DNA of 64,000 nucleotides from Thermodesulfobacteriota bacterium (GTDB taxonomy: Bacteria > Desulfobacterota_D > UBA1144 > Nemesobacterales > UBA2774), in the NCBI GenBank assembly GCA_965216785.1, contig OZ244197.1, positions 576,001 to 640,000 of the forward strand, in the 5' to 3' direction. Shown piece by piece: positions 21,166 to 31,133 of the stretch; the stretch's first letter is position 1, and each line of letters begins with the position of its first letter. The notes beneath the pieces are model-generated. The model ran no database searches, was not told where the DNA came from, and worked only from the letters and a program-made list of their open reading frames with translations. Position numbers and translations under genes: made by a program.

Positions 21166-22260
21166 ATGAACCGCAAAGACACACTTAAAGAATTACTGCC
21201 CGTAATAATCATAACGATACTAGGTACGTATTTTTTTTCTTACGTCTCGTACATTTTGATACAGAACGCGTATCCCGAGAGCCTGTTCGAAATATGGACA
21301 AGATGGGATACCGGGCATTATTTGAAGATCGCGGAAAAGGGATACTTGGCATCAGCTGATTATCAGATCGCTTTTTTTCCCCTCTATCCCTACCTAATTA
21401 AAGCCCTTACCCTGGTGTTTCAAAACTATATGTTGTCAGCATTAGTTATATCAAATCTGACTTACGCAGTGGCCGCATATTTTCTGTATGAGCTTGTAAA
21501 ACTTGACTATGATAAAAAAGACGCCTTAAGGACTGTAATATATTTATCCGTTTTCCCGACGGCGTACTTCCTGCACGCGGCTTATACCGAAAGCCTGTTT
21601 CTGGCGCTTTCTATCGGGAGTTTTTACTACGCAAGAAAAAAAAGCTGGGCTCTGGCCGGTATTCTGGGAATGTTTGCGGCGGCGACGCGCATTACCGGCA
21701 TCCTTCTCCTTCCGGTGCTCATCGTGGAGTACCTATCGCAGAAAGAATATAAATTAAGCGGGATAAAAACAGACTTTGTATGGATATGGATAATCGGGCT
21801 TGGCCTGATCTCTTACCTTACATTCAATTACATGGTTACGGGCGATCCTTTCTACTTCTTTGAAGTACAGCAGGCGAGCTGGTCAAGGAAGATCGCGCTT
21901 CCGTATGAGGGATTTCTGAACGCGCTTAGCGGAAGGCCTCCCGGCCGCGAGTCTACGGGGGCGCTGGCGGGGGACTGGGCCGAGATTATATTCGGCGTTT
22001 TGGGATTGGCAGGCGTAATATATAGTTTTTTCAAGCTTCGTATTTCATATAGCCTATATGTTCTGCTTACCTGGTTACTCGTAACCTCTAGCGTGATCTG
22101 GCTCAGTATACCGAGGTTTACGCTTACGATGTTTCCGCTAATAATTCTCCTTGCTCTATTTGGCAGGCGCAGGGGAGCAAATTTTATAATTTTATTTCTT
22201 TCACTTATCTGCTATGCGCTATATTTGTCACAATTTATAAGGTTCAAATGGGCTTTTTAG
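21166..22260 (+). CDS. PIG-V/Gpi18-like (GT76, Mannosyl_trans2) mannosyltransferase, copy 1
   Basis: RWDTGHYLKIAEKGY, AFFPLYP, AYTESLFLAL, ATRITG. Confidence 0.85.
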   Translation: MNRKDTLKELLPVIIITILGTYFFSYVSYILIQNAYPESLFEIWTRWDTGHYLKIAEKGYLASADYQIAFFPLYPYLIKALTLVFQNYMLSALVISNLTYAVAAYFLYELVKLDYDKKDALRTVIYLSVFPTAYFLHAAYTESLFLALSIGSFYYARKKSWALAGILGMFAAATRITGILLLPVLIVEYLSQKEYKLSGIKTDFVWIWIIGLGLISYLTFNYMVTGDPFYFFEVQQASWSRKIALPYEGFLNALSGRPPGRESTGALAGDWAEIIFGVLGLAGVIYSFFKLRISYSLYVLLTWLLVTSSVIWLSIPRFTLTMFPLIILLALFGRRRGANFIILFLSLICYALYLSQFIRFKWAF

Positions 22261-22262
22261 CT

Positions 22263-23390
22263 ATGTCTAGAAAAAAATTTGAAGATATATTAGAAATTCT
22301 TCCAATAATACTGACGGTAATAATCGGCACATTCGTTTTCGGCATTGTGTCTCACCTGGTGATAGAGAATAGATTTCCGGAGAGCTTGCTTGATTTATGG
22401 AATACCTGGGACGTTCAGCACTATATAAAAATAGCCAAGTTCGGATACCCAGCATTATTCGAAGACGGAAGGAACCTGCAGATCGTATTTTTCCCTCTTT
22501 ACCCCCTACTTATAAAGTTATTTTCATTTGTTTTTCAGAATTACATAGTTTCTGCCCTTATTGTATCAAACCTGTCTTATGCTGCAGCGGCATATTACCT
22601 GTATAAGCTCGTAAAAATAGATTTTAAAAAGGATGGCGCTTATAGGGCCGTTATCTATTTCTCTGTATTCCCTACTGCTTATTTTCTGCATGCCGCGTAT
22701 ACGGAGAGCCTGTTTCTGGCTCTTACAATTTCGAGCTTTTATTACGCCAGAAACGGCAGGTGGGCCATTTCCGGTACGCTCGGTATGCTGGCGGCGGCTA
22801 CAAGAATTACGGGGATACTGCTCATTCCGGTGCTAGTAGTAGAATATTTATCACAGAAAGGTTATAAGATAAGAAATATAAGACCGGATATAGTCTGGAT
22901 CGGTATCATAGGGTTTGGATTACTCGCGTATTTAATTCTGAACTATGTAGTTGCCGGAGATCCGTTCTACTTCTTGGAAATACAAAGAGAGCATTGGGCT
23001 AAGAAACTTGATTTCCCATTTAAAGGGTTTATAAGCGCCTGGAATATTATGACCGGAGACTTTGCGCTTAACGTTGACAGCCCCTCGACTAGACTGCTTG
23101 GCGGTCCGGTTGAGATTATATTCTCGTTATTGGGGCTATCGCTAACTATTTATAGTTTTTTCAGGATTAGACTTTCTTACAGTTTATACGCGTTGGCTAC
23201 ATGGATAATCATCACATCTACAGGGTTCTGGCTGAGTATTCCCCGATATACGCTTGCCATGTTCCCGATCTTCATAGCTATGGCTCTTTTGGGAAGGAAA
23301 AAGTACGTCAATTATCTCATAATATTCATATCGATATTGTTCTATGCGCTCTTTTTAATGAATTTTGTGAGGTTCAGGTGGGCGTTTTGA
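22263..23390 (+). CDS. PIG-V/Gpi18-like mannosyltransferase, copy 2
   Basis: TWDVQHYIKIAKFGY, VFFPLYP, AYTESLFLAL; ATG 22263 lies directly after the copy 1 stop. Confidence 0.85.
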   Translation: MSRKKFEDILEILPIILTVIIGTFVFGIVSHLVIENRFPESLLDLWNTWDVQHYIKIAKFGYPALFEDGRNLQIVFFPLYPLLIKLFSFVFQNYIVSALIVSNLSYAAAAYYLYKLVKIDFKKDGAYRAVIYFSVFPTAYFLHAAYTESLFLALTISSFYYARNGRWAISGTLGMLAAATRITGILLIPVLVVEYLSQKGYKIRNIRPDIVWIGIIGFGLLAYLILNYVVAGDPFYFLEIQREHWAKKLDFPFKGFISAWNIMTGDFALNVDSPSTRLLGGPVEIIFSLLGLSLTIYSFFRIRLSYSLYALATWIIITSTGFWLSIPRYTLAMFPIFIAMALLGRKKYVNYLIIFISILFYALFLMNFVRFRWAF

Positions 23391-23479
23391 AAACTTCGTA
23401 GATGAAATGATCCCAAAAGTATTATTCCCCTCTAAAAGATAAAGTGTTAGTATACTTTGCTCACGGAGAAGGTAATTAG

Positions 23480-24181
23480 ATGGAAATTTCAATCGTAATT
23501 CCAACTTATAACGAATCAGAAAACCTACCGATCCTCATTGAGAAAATTACGGCGGCTCTGGATAGTAGCAATATTGAGAGCAGGATTATAGTAGTTGATG
23601 ACGATTCGCCTGACGGGACCTGGAAAACGGCACTTGAGTTAAAGAATACATATGAAAACCTTGAAGTTCTCAGGCGTCAGGACAAGAGGGGTCTTTCTTC
23701 CGCGGTGCTGGACGGGTTTGCTATGTCAGATAGCCCTATCTTGGGAGTGATGGACGCGGACTTGAGCCATCCGCCCGAGAAGATACCTGAGCTAGTGGAG
23801 CCTATAATCAGGGGAGACGCCGATATTACTATAGGCAGCAGATACATAGATGAGGGCGGAATTGAGAAATGGCCTTTGACCCGGAGGATTTATTCTAAGG
23901 TTGCCACTCTGCTCGTACTCGGGTTGACGAATGTAAAAGACCCGATGTCAGGTTTCTTCTTCCTTCACAGAAACGTTATAGAGAACAAGCAATTAAACCC
24001 GCTCGGGTTTAAAATAGGGCTTGAAGTACTGGTGCGGGGCGAGCATGAAAACGTAATTGAAGTACCGATATTGTTTGGGGACAGAATGCATGGCGAGAGT
24101 AAGCTCGGCGGGGGCGTCGTGCTTGATTATCTGCTGCATCTTTCTAATCTTTACATCTATAAGTATTTTATGAGAAAATAG
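23480..24181 (+). CDS. polyprenol-phosphate mannose synthase (DPM1/Ppm1-like GT2)
   Basis: IPTYNE, VDDDSPDGT, RGLSSAV, MDADLSHPP, GSRY, DPMSGFF, RMHGESKL. Confidence 0.9.
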   Translation: MEISIVIPTYNESENLPILIEKITAALDSSNIESRIIVVDDDSPDGTWKTALELKNTYENLEVLRRQDKRGLSSAVLDGFAMSDSPILGVMDADLSHPPEKIPELVEPIIRGDADITIGSRYIDEGGIEKWPLTRRIYSKVATLLVLGLTNVKDPMSGFFFLHRNVIENKQLNPLGFKIGLEVLVRGEHENVIEVPILFGDRMHGESKLGGGVVLDYLLHLSNLYIYKYFMRK

Positions 24182-24209
24182 AAGTTTATATGCTCATAGG
24201 GCTTAAAAT

Positions 24210-25424
24210 ATGAAGGAACTTTTCAAGACAGGATCAAATAACTCAACTTTATTTATAGCAATCGTATTAGCGGTCATATCGTTCGCTATATACTTTTTCA
24301 CAACTAACGGGGCACCCACACAATTTAATAACTTCGTTCTGCTGGCAGACGCTATATTGAACGGACAGCTGCACCTTGATAGAAATCTGAGCTGGATAGA
24401 GCTTGCTCATTATGATGGAATATACTTTATAGTTCCGCCCCCTATACCGACGATTTTGATATTGCCGGTAGTGGCTGTAACAGGTCTTGAAACAAATCAG
24501 ACTTTGCTTTCTTACGTCTTTGGAGCGATAAACGTATCACTGGCCTTTTTAACTGCCAGGTGTGTAAGTAGGAGCGTAAAAGTCCAGATCTGGACGGCAG
24601 TGATGTTCGGTTTCGGAACAATACACTGGTGGGTCGCCGCAAACGGCGGAGTCTGGATGTTTTCGCACACAATATCCGTCACATTTTTATTCATCGGAAT
24701 AATTCTGAGCTTTAAAAAGGCACACCCATTGCTGCCGGGCCTAAGCCTCGGCGCGGCATACTGGACCAGGCTCCCGACTGTACTTAGTTTCCCGTTTTTT
24801 ATGGCTATGTATGTGGATGAGTGGTATAAGAAGGACAGCACACAAAGCATAATAAGAAGGATCAATTTAAAGCCTCTTATTTATATGGGCTCGGGAGCAG
24901 GCATATTCGTAATACTGAACATGATTTATAATTACGTAAGGTTTGATACGCCTTTTGACGTGTCGTACTATCTTATTCCCGGAATCCTGGATGAATACTG
25001 GTATCAGAAAGGTATATTCGATATAAGCTACATACCGAGGCATCTGAAAATTATATTCGGCAGACTGCCAAATTTCTCAAGCGAATTCCCATATGTTACG
25101 GCATCTTGGAACGGGCTCGCAATCTGGATAACAACCCCCGCTTTTATATACGCATTCTTTGCGGGAATTAGAAACAGGATTGCTATTGGGTGCTGGCTTT
25201 CGATTGTGCTTATTGCATTTATAGATTTTTGTCATGGCACGTGGGGCTTTACACAGTTCGGTTACAGGTTCGCTATGGACTTCTATCCGTTCTTATTCCT
25301 CCTAACCGTCAAAGGGATTGGAGATAAGATCCGCTGGCACCATATAACTCTTATATTAATAGGGATACTGGTAAATCTTTGGGGGGTTCTCTGGATATAT
25401 AAATTCGGCTGGACCGGTTATTGA
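24210..25424 (+). CDS. polytopic membrane protein, probable GT-C-fold glycosyltransferase; paralog of 19840-21072
   Basis: VPPPIPTILI, YNYVRFDTPFDV, GFTQFGYRFAMDFYPFL. Confidence 0.6.
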   Translation: MKELFKTGSNNSTLFIAIVLAVISFAIYFFTTNGAPTQFNNFVLLADAILNGQLHLDRNLSWIELAHYDGIYFIVPPPIPTILILPVVAVTGLETNQTLLSYVFGAINVSLAFLTARCVSRSVKVQIWTAVMFGFGTIHWWVAANGGVWMFSHTISVTFLFIGIILSFKKAHPLLPGLSLGAAYWTRLPTVLSFPFFMAMYVDEWYKKDSTQSIIRRINLKPLIYMGSGAGIFVILNMIYNYVRFDTPFDVSYYLIPGILDEYWYQKGIFDISYIPRHLKIIFGRLPNFSSEFPYVTASWNGLAIWITTPAFIYAFFAGIRNRIAIGCWLSIVLIAFIDFCHGTWGFTQFGYRFAMDFYPFLFLLTVKGIGDKIRWHHITLILIGILVNLWGVLWIYKFGWTGY

Positions 25425-25442
25425 TAGGCAGAAGAGATAAGA

Positions 25443-26060
25443 CTATTTCTTAAAAACGAGAAACTTATATCCCAAAAAATTCCAAATAACTACTATAAAT
25501 ACAGACGCAAGAGCCGAAATATTGGCCCATAGCACCGGAGACACGCCGCCAATGGGGCCGACGAAATTAACCAGGAATGAAGCCACAGCAACGTTAATAA
25601 AAAACCCGACGCCGGCAACTGTGAGAAACTTAAAAAACTGCTTCCCCATACCTTTAGTCTCAATACTCTCAAAGGTCCAGAACTTGTTCCACAAATAACT
25701 GTTAGTTACGGCTGAGAGAAAGGAGACAGCCTTAAAAATCGAAAATAGGTAACCTTTTTCGACACCGGACAAGAAGATAAGAAGGTTAAGTATCCCGAAG
25801 TCAATTGAAACATTGGACATGCCAATGGGAATGAATTTGCCGAATTGAAAGAGTGAGTGCCGATAGGAGCCGAGACGCGAAAAAATATATACCCATAAAG
25901 AGACCAAGGGGGGAATAACTATCAGAGCAAATGGCCAGTACTCAAGATACGAATGATAACCCTGGGGAATCTCGGCTTTTAGAGCATTCAGCATCGCCAC
26001 GGTAAAAACCGATATTATGAGTCCGATAATAAGCGAGGATATTAGATCTGTTCTTTTCAT
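25443..26060 (-). CDS. GtrA-family lipid-linked sugar flippase with two extra N-terminal helices
   Basis: [44 protein letters not shown]. Confidence 0.88.
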   Translation of the reverse strand: MKRTDLISSLIIGLIISVFTVAMLNALKAEIPQGYHSYLEYWPFALIVIPPLVSLWVYIFSRLGSYRHSLFQFGKFIPIGMSNVSIDFGILNLLIFLSGVEKGYLFSIFKAVSFLSAVTNSYLWNKFWTFESIETKGMGKQFFKFLTVAGVGFFINVAVASFLVNFVGPIGGVSPVLWANISALASVFIVVIWNFLGYKFLVFKK

Positions 26061-26148
26061 AATCCGAGATGTATAAATTCAAACCGGCCGGAGTATATAG
26101 CTATATAATCTTAAGGAATGATAGCATGTACTTTTATTTCAAACGACA

Positions 26149-27462
26149 TTATCTCCAGGATTCAAGCCACATATATTGTTCGTGTTTATGATTTTCCATA
26201 TTTACTGCCGCAGTAATCGGATAGAAATAGATGAACACCGCCACAGCCGCAAGCAGGTACAGGACCACAAGTATTTTCCCGAACTTAGAATTCATGTTCC
26301 AAATGCGGTCGAGAAAATAGGCGCTTATTATGAGAATGAAGATAAAAGCGGGTATATAATGGTATAAAAAAGTTATCTTTCTCGGAGAAACCGCCCACGG
26401 AAGCCAAAGCGCAAGCACGCTTACGACGGCGAATATGAGAGGCGGATACTCTTTTCTTATGGCCTGAACCGCGCCCAGAACAAAGAACACACACCCCGTC
26501 CACCATATAAATGGGTTACCGAGCATATAAATATGCGCTCTGATACCTTCCCCTAAATCGTCAAAGTGAAGATATACGGGCTCGAGCATAAGAGGCCACT
26601 GCCACCACCTGGATTCATATGGGTGATGAGTTTCCACCCCGCCGTGAAAACCGTACATGGCATCCTGAAGACTAAGGAAGTCGACAAATGAATTACCAAA
26701 ATAGAAAAAAGGAATGTAAGTGGCAATGTAGACAAGTAAAGGCAGCACTCCGAACGCAATAGCCATTCTCGGAATTATATTTAGAACCGACTTTATATAG
26801 GAGCGGTCTTTTGAATCAGACAGACTGACTTCATAGTAATAGATTAGAAAAAAAGAGACCCCCGCAAGGAATATCCATATGTATACACCGCTCCATTTAA
26901 TGGACATCGAGGCCCCCGCAAACAACCCTGCCAGCATAAGAAACAAGATCTTTCTAGTTCTCGCGTACTTTACTACAAATAGAGACGCCAGGAGCAAAAA
27001 ATCGACCATAAAAATATCGACCATAGTAATCCGGCTGAGCACAAATATAAATGAATCGAGACTGTAGAGTACCGCAGCAATTAACCCTACTCCTTTACTT
27101 AGAAATAGGTTCTTCGCTAAAAGGTATATTAGAAGCGCGCCCAAGCCGCCGAAGAATGCCTGAAAAAACCGCCAGCCAAATGTATTATTGCCGAATATCT
27201 TGATGCCGATTGCGCTCAGCTCCTTACCCAGAGGAGGGTGTGACCATTCATATGCGAGATCCTCGGGAGCGTGACCGGTATTCTGCCAGGCGTGCTTGTT
27301 TCCCTTAGCCATCTCTTGGGCAGTGAAAGCATAATATACTTCGTCGAAATAGTAGCTTTGGGGTATTTCCAAACGGTATAATTTAGTGCCTAAGCTGAAA
27401 ATAAGCACTAAAAACAAGAGTATCTCGAATCTGAATTTATAGAGTAGCGAGTTTGAAGACAT
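26149..27462 (-). CDS. protein O-mannosyltransferase (PMT, GT39)
   Basis: YFDEVYY (DE motif), HPPLGK, FGWRF, KWSG, HPYESRWWQWP, FLYHYIPA. Confidence 0.9.
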   Translation of the reverse strand: MSSNSLLYKFRFEILLFLVLIFSLGTKLYRLEIPQSYYFDEVYYAFTAQEMAKGNKHAWQNTGHAPEDLAYEWSHPPLGKELSAIGIKIFGNNTFGWRFFQAFFGGLGALLIYLLAKNLFLSKGVGLIAAVLYSLDSFIFVLSRITMVDIFMVDFLLLASLFVVKYARTRKILFLMLAGLFAGASMSIKWSGVYIWIFLAGVSFFLIYYYEVSLSDSKDRSYIKSVLNIIPRMAIAFGVLPLLVYIATYIPFFYFGNSFVDFLSLQDAMYGFHGGVETHHPYESRWWQWPLMLEPVYLHFDDLGEGIRAHIYMLGNPFIWWTGCVFFVLGAVQAIRKEYPPLIFAVVSVLALWLPWAVSPRKITFLYHYIPAFIFILIISAYFLDRIWNMNSKFGKILVVLYLLAAVAVFIYFYPITAAVNMENHKHEQYMWLESWR

Positions 27463-27464
27463 TT

Positions 27465-28829
27465 CTAATTCCCTGAACCGATATGTGCAATGTGCTCTTT
27501 AGTAGATTCCAGATGCTCTTTTGAAGCTCCTTTATACCTGAGCGTATTTTTTATAAAATCATAGAACAAATACAGGAAAACAAAAAGGTATAGAAAAAAC
27601 AGCCCGGGTATAAATAATCCGGAATATTCTTCAGGAATTCCCTTGTATAGTGTGACTAATTGTATATAGGAATAGATCATATTCAAAACGTAAACAAGGG
27701 AGACGATAGCATATAAATACCATAATATCCAATGGCGATAAGTGAGCAGAGTGAAAAACACGATTGCGGGGAGGAGGTGTCTTTCGTGGGCGCGCGTGAT
27801 AAATAAAAAGAGAGAGAATATAATAAGAGTAATCGCCTGGTATATAAAATAAGAGAAATCCTTGCCATACTCTCCGCGGCTTACGTAGACTACACGGATA
27901 AGGAGAGCGCCGATCACAGTGTATATGGAGAAAAATATCACCGTACCCCAGCTCTTGTATGATAAACCCAGAAATAATAGACCGTCGTTCCTCCACATAG
28001 CAAAAGATCCCCAGAAATTAAAAGCGTTGAGAGAGGAATATGGGTACTGATCATAGGCTGCAAAGAATCTGGCTCTGATAAGTTCTAGAGGTCCGGTGAA
28101 TATATAGGTGAAAGTATCGAGCTTATCCCATATGAAGGGTAGCGATAAAATTGTAGAAGTTATTAGTATCGCCAGCACTACTTTAAGTGTCGGTATAAAT
28201 GTTTTAATTGTTGGCTTTCTGTATTGCCTGAATAAGGGCTCAACTGCTATAAGTCCTATTAACGGGAACACCACAATGCTCGGGGGCTTAATCATAAACG
28301 CCAGGGCCGCGAATATGCCTGAGAGTACATATCGCCTGCCTAAAGCTGTTATTATGGAAAGAAGTATGGGCAGGGCGTGAAAAGAATCTACTTGCCCCCA
28401 AAATGTTGAGTTTGAAAGAGAAGCGGGATTGAAAAGATAAACGACAGAGGCAATCATAGCGTTTCTGACTGTAGTAATGCGCCTCAGTGCGTAGAATATT
28501 GAAACGGATATGCCGAGATCAGCAAGATTGGCCGGTAATTTAAACAGTATATCTGTTGAAAACGCGGGGAAAGCGGAACTTATCCTGTCGAGCGCCCACA
28601 GTACGTAGAGATAACCTGGCATATAGTCACACCAGAATCTGTCGTAAAACTTGCTGAAGCCGACCCACGAAATCTGACTACCCCATATTTTCCAGGCCAT
28701 AAAGTCATTTTCGTAGGTAAGGAATAGAGAAAATATAATTCTCAGTAAAAACCCCGCCGCGAGTATCAGAACAAAAAGAACATAGGGATCTTTGAGGTTT
28801 GTGTACCTACCTACTTTAGCGGAGCTCAT
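27465..28829 (-). CDS. GT-C glycosyltransferase (ALG6/GT87/DUF2029-like)
   Basis: DYMPGYLYVLW, KLPANLADL, NSTFWGQVDS, SLNAFNFW, HERHLLPA; about 11 TM segments. Confidence 0.75.
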   Translation of the reverse strand: MSSAKVGRYTNLKDPYVLFVLILAAGFLLRIIFSLFLTYENDFMAWKIWGSQISWVGFSKFYDRFWCDYMPGYLYVLWALDRISSAFPAFSTDILFKLPANLADLGISVSIFYALRRITTVRNAMIASVVYLFNPASLSNSTFWGQVDSFHALPILLSIITALGRRYVLSGIFAALAFMIKPPSIVVFPLIGLIAVEPLFRQYRKPTIKTFIPTLKVVLAILITSTILSLPFIWDKLDTFTYIFTGPLELIRARFFAAYDQYPYSSLNAFNFWGSFAMWRNDGLLFLGLSYKSWGTVIFFSIYTVIGALLIRVVYVSRGEYGKDFSYFIYQAITLIIFSLFLFITRAHERHLLPAIVFFTLLTYRHWILWYLYAIVSLVYVLNMIYSYIQLVTLYKGIPEEYSGLFIPGLFFLYLFVFLYLFYDFIKNTLRYKGASKEHLESTKEHIAHIGSGN

Positions 28830-29523
28830 CTCTAAGTTTCCAGGATTCTTTGAACATTCTTAGTATTACTTTAATATTAGCACCTGATTGCGTGCCGAAT
28901 TTCCGGGGAAAGTGGCGTATGGGAAATTCCTTTAGCTTATACCCGTGGTTTTTTAATTTGATCAGAAACTCGGCTGTAAAAAGCGCCCCACCTGAGATAA
29001 TGGGTCTAACACAGTGATAAGCCTTAGTGGGAATGACCTTAAAAGCGCAGTCCATATCCTTAACTTTTAGTCCGAACATAAAATATATGTACATCGCGTA
29101 AAGCCAAGCGTTAAGTGATCGCACGGGTGAGTCCGCTCTATCTTCTCTATAGCCGATAAGCACATCGTTTTCATTAACCGAGGGCAGCATACGATCAAGA
29201 TCGCTTATGTCGAATTGCCCGTCGCTGTCCATGAAGAAAATGTAATCGAGAGAAGCTTTTTCAAAACCACTCAGGAGCGCACCTCCATAGCCTCTATTTA
29301 CTTCGTGGTTAACCAATATGACAGATGGATTTGTGGATGCGAGCTGATCCACAATGGCCCCGGTATTATCGCTTGAGCCGTCGTTTACGACTATTACCTC
29401 GTAAGTACCGACATTATTCTCAAGATACGAAACACACTGGTTTACAGTGGTTTCAATATTTTCTTCTTCATTATGCGCAGGAAGAACTGCTGAAAGAGAT
29501 ATATCTGCTCTCATTTTATCCAT
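28816..29523 (-). CDS. GT2 polyprenol-phosphate glycosyltransferase (DPM/DPG synthase-like)
   Basis: LPAHNEE, VNDGSSD, NRGYGGAL, MDSDGQFD, DMDCAFK. Confidence 0.88.
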   Translation of the reverse strand: MDKMRADISLSAVLPAHNEEENIETTVNQCVSYLENNVGTYEVIVVNDGSSDNTGAIVDQLASTNPSVILVNHEVNRGYGGALLSGFEKASLDYIFFMDSDGQFDISDLDRMLPSVNENDVLIGYREDRADSPVRSLNAWLYAMYIYFMFGLKVKDMDCAFKVIPTKAYHCVRPIISGGALFTAEFLIKLKNHGYKLKEFPIRHFPRKFGTQSGANIKVILRMFKESWKLRDELR

Positions 29524-29549
29524 CCACCATTTGACCCAAGCACCTGATT

Positions 29550-31127
29550 CTATTTATCAGACTTGTCTACAGCTATAATATCACACTTTATTTCACTAAT
29601 CTGAAACTCTCTACCGGACTCAACAGAGACGTCTTTAAATGAACATTCCTTTCCACTCGGCCAGGTGACTTTAATGTCGGCTTTATCGAATTTACCGAGA
29701 CCGAAATACAGGGGTAGCATATCCTGTTCGGTGCCGCCCCTCCCTCCTGAGACCTCCCTTAGCTGGGATCCTGCCGGGGTAGACAAAATTACACGCGCAC
29801 CTATGGCAGAGCGGTTACTCAATAGCCCGTCACCAACCAGCTGCAAGGTTATGGATTTATTGGAATTGCCTTCGTTTCTCTTAAGTGAGTTCCCGATGTG
29901 CCCATTCAGATAGACATCGAGAAAACCGTCTCGGTCATAATCTCCCCAGGTCACGGCGAAAACATCTATGGGCTTGGCCAGATTAACCTCTACAGCTACA
30001 TCCCGGAACACACCGTTACCTAGGTTTCTATAAAGCTTATTGTTCCAGGTATGGTTTGTGGTCAAGAGATCGACCCTTCCGTCCGCATCAAAGTCTATCC
30101 AAGCACAAGTCCTGCCGTCACCTAAATCATGAGTGCCGGTTTCCCATGTTACGTCTGTAAAGGTGCCGTCTTTGTTGTTCCTGTAAAGTGTGTTTTTTTT
30201 GGCTTTCCCAATGTTCGTTATGTATATATCTAAATAGCCGTCTCCATTATAATCACCACTGCAAGCAGATGTGGTATGCCAGTACGGGGCGCCATCTAAC
30301 CCTGAGCTCACCGAAGCATCGGTAAAAGTGCCGTCTCCGTTGTTCAGATAAAATATGTTATAGCCTCCGTTTGCGAGGAATAGATCCGGCCACCCGTCGT
30401 TGTCCGCATCGAAGAATATGGCTGCTAGCCCGTTGCTAGGCTCAGTAATACCGGCGCGTGAGGAGACGTCCTCGAACGTGCCGTCGCCTTTATTGCGGTA
30501 AAGGTAGGATTGCTTGTTGCCGGGAGCAAAAAGATCAAGGAATCCGTCACGGTCATAATCAACCCAGATTGTATGCCTAGTAGTGGAACCTTCTTTTGTT
30601 ATGCCAGCCTCTTGAGAGATATCGATAAAAGAGATGCCATCCAGGTTTTTGTATAGAATCGGCGGTGTAGAGGACTTTATCGTGGCAACAGCAAGGTCAA
30701 GTATCCCGTCATTATCATAGTCGGCCCAAGATGCGGTTTTTATGATATCGTTTGGAATACCTGATATTAACACGACATCACTAAATTTGACGCCTGATTC
30801 ATTTTGGAATAAGAACAAATTTTTCTTTTTAGGAATTCTAACAGGTATTGCCGGCGCGGGCTTTCCGCGGTCTCTTCTGCTTCGTCGGGGACGTCTGCCG
30901 CCTCTATAACGGTCGGTATTGGAAATAATGAGGTCCTGCCAACCGTCACCGTTAAAGTCGCCCCATACAGCAGTTTGTCCCATAGAGCCGGTATCGAATA
31001 TACCTACAGCATTTTCAGAGTCGGTAAATACGGGAAGCTCGTCTGATGGTTGTTCCTGCGCAAAAACTATCCAGGATATGGATAAAATTACATAAAAAGC
31101 GATTGGGTTTAAAACGAATTGAATCAA
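29550..31127 (-). CDS. secreted FG-GAP repeat protein with C-terminal ASPIC/UnbV domain (CRTAC1 family)
   Basis: Signal peptide; repeated DxDxDGxxD-type Ca-binding blades (GDFNGDGWQD, ADYDNDGILD and others); SNRSAIGARV...LYFGLG...VTWPSG. Confidence 0.9.
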   Translation of the reverse strand: MIQFVLNPIAFYVILSISWIVFAQEQPSDELPVFTDSENAVGIFDTGSMGQTAVWGDFNGDGWQDLIISNTDRYRGGRRPRRSRRDRGKPAPAIPVRIPKKKNLFLFQNESGVKFSDVVLISGIPNDIIKTASWADYDNDGILDLAVATIKSSTPPILYKNLDGISFIDISQEAGITKEGSTTRHTIWVDYDRDGFLDLFAPGNKQSYLYRNKGDGTFEDVSSRAGITEPSNGLAAIFFDADNDGWPDLFLANGGYNIFYLNNGDGTFTDASVSSGLDGAPYWHTTSACSGDYNGDGYLDIYITNIGKAKKNTLYRNNKDGTFTDVTWETGTHDLGDGRTCAWIDFDADGRVDLLTTNHTWNNKLYRNLGNGVFRDVAVEVNLAKPIDVFAVTWGDYDRDGFLDVYLNGHIGNSLKRNEGNSNKSITLQLVGDGLLSNRSAIGARVILSTPAGSQLREVSGGRGGTEQDMLPLYFGLGKFDKADIKVTWPSGKECSFKDVSVESGREFQISEIKCDIIAVDKSDK

Positions 31128-31133
31128 GGCGCA

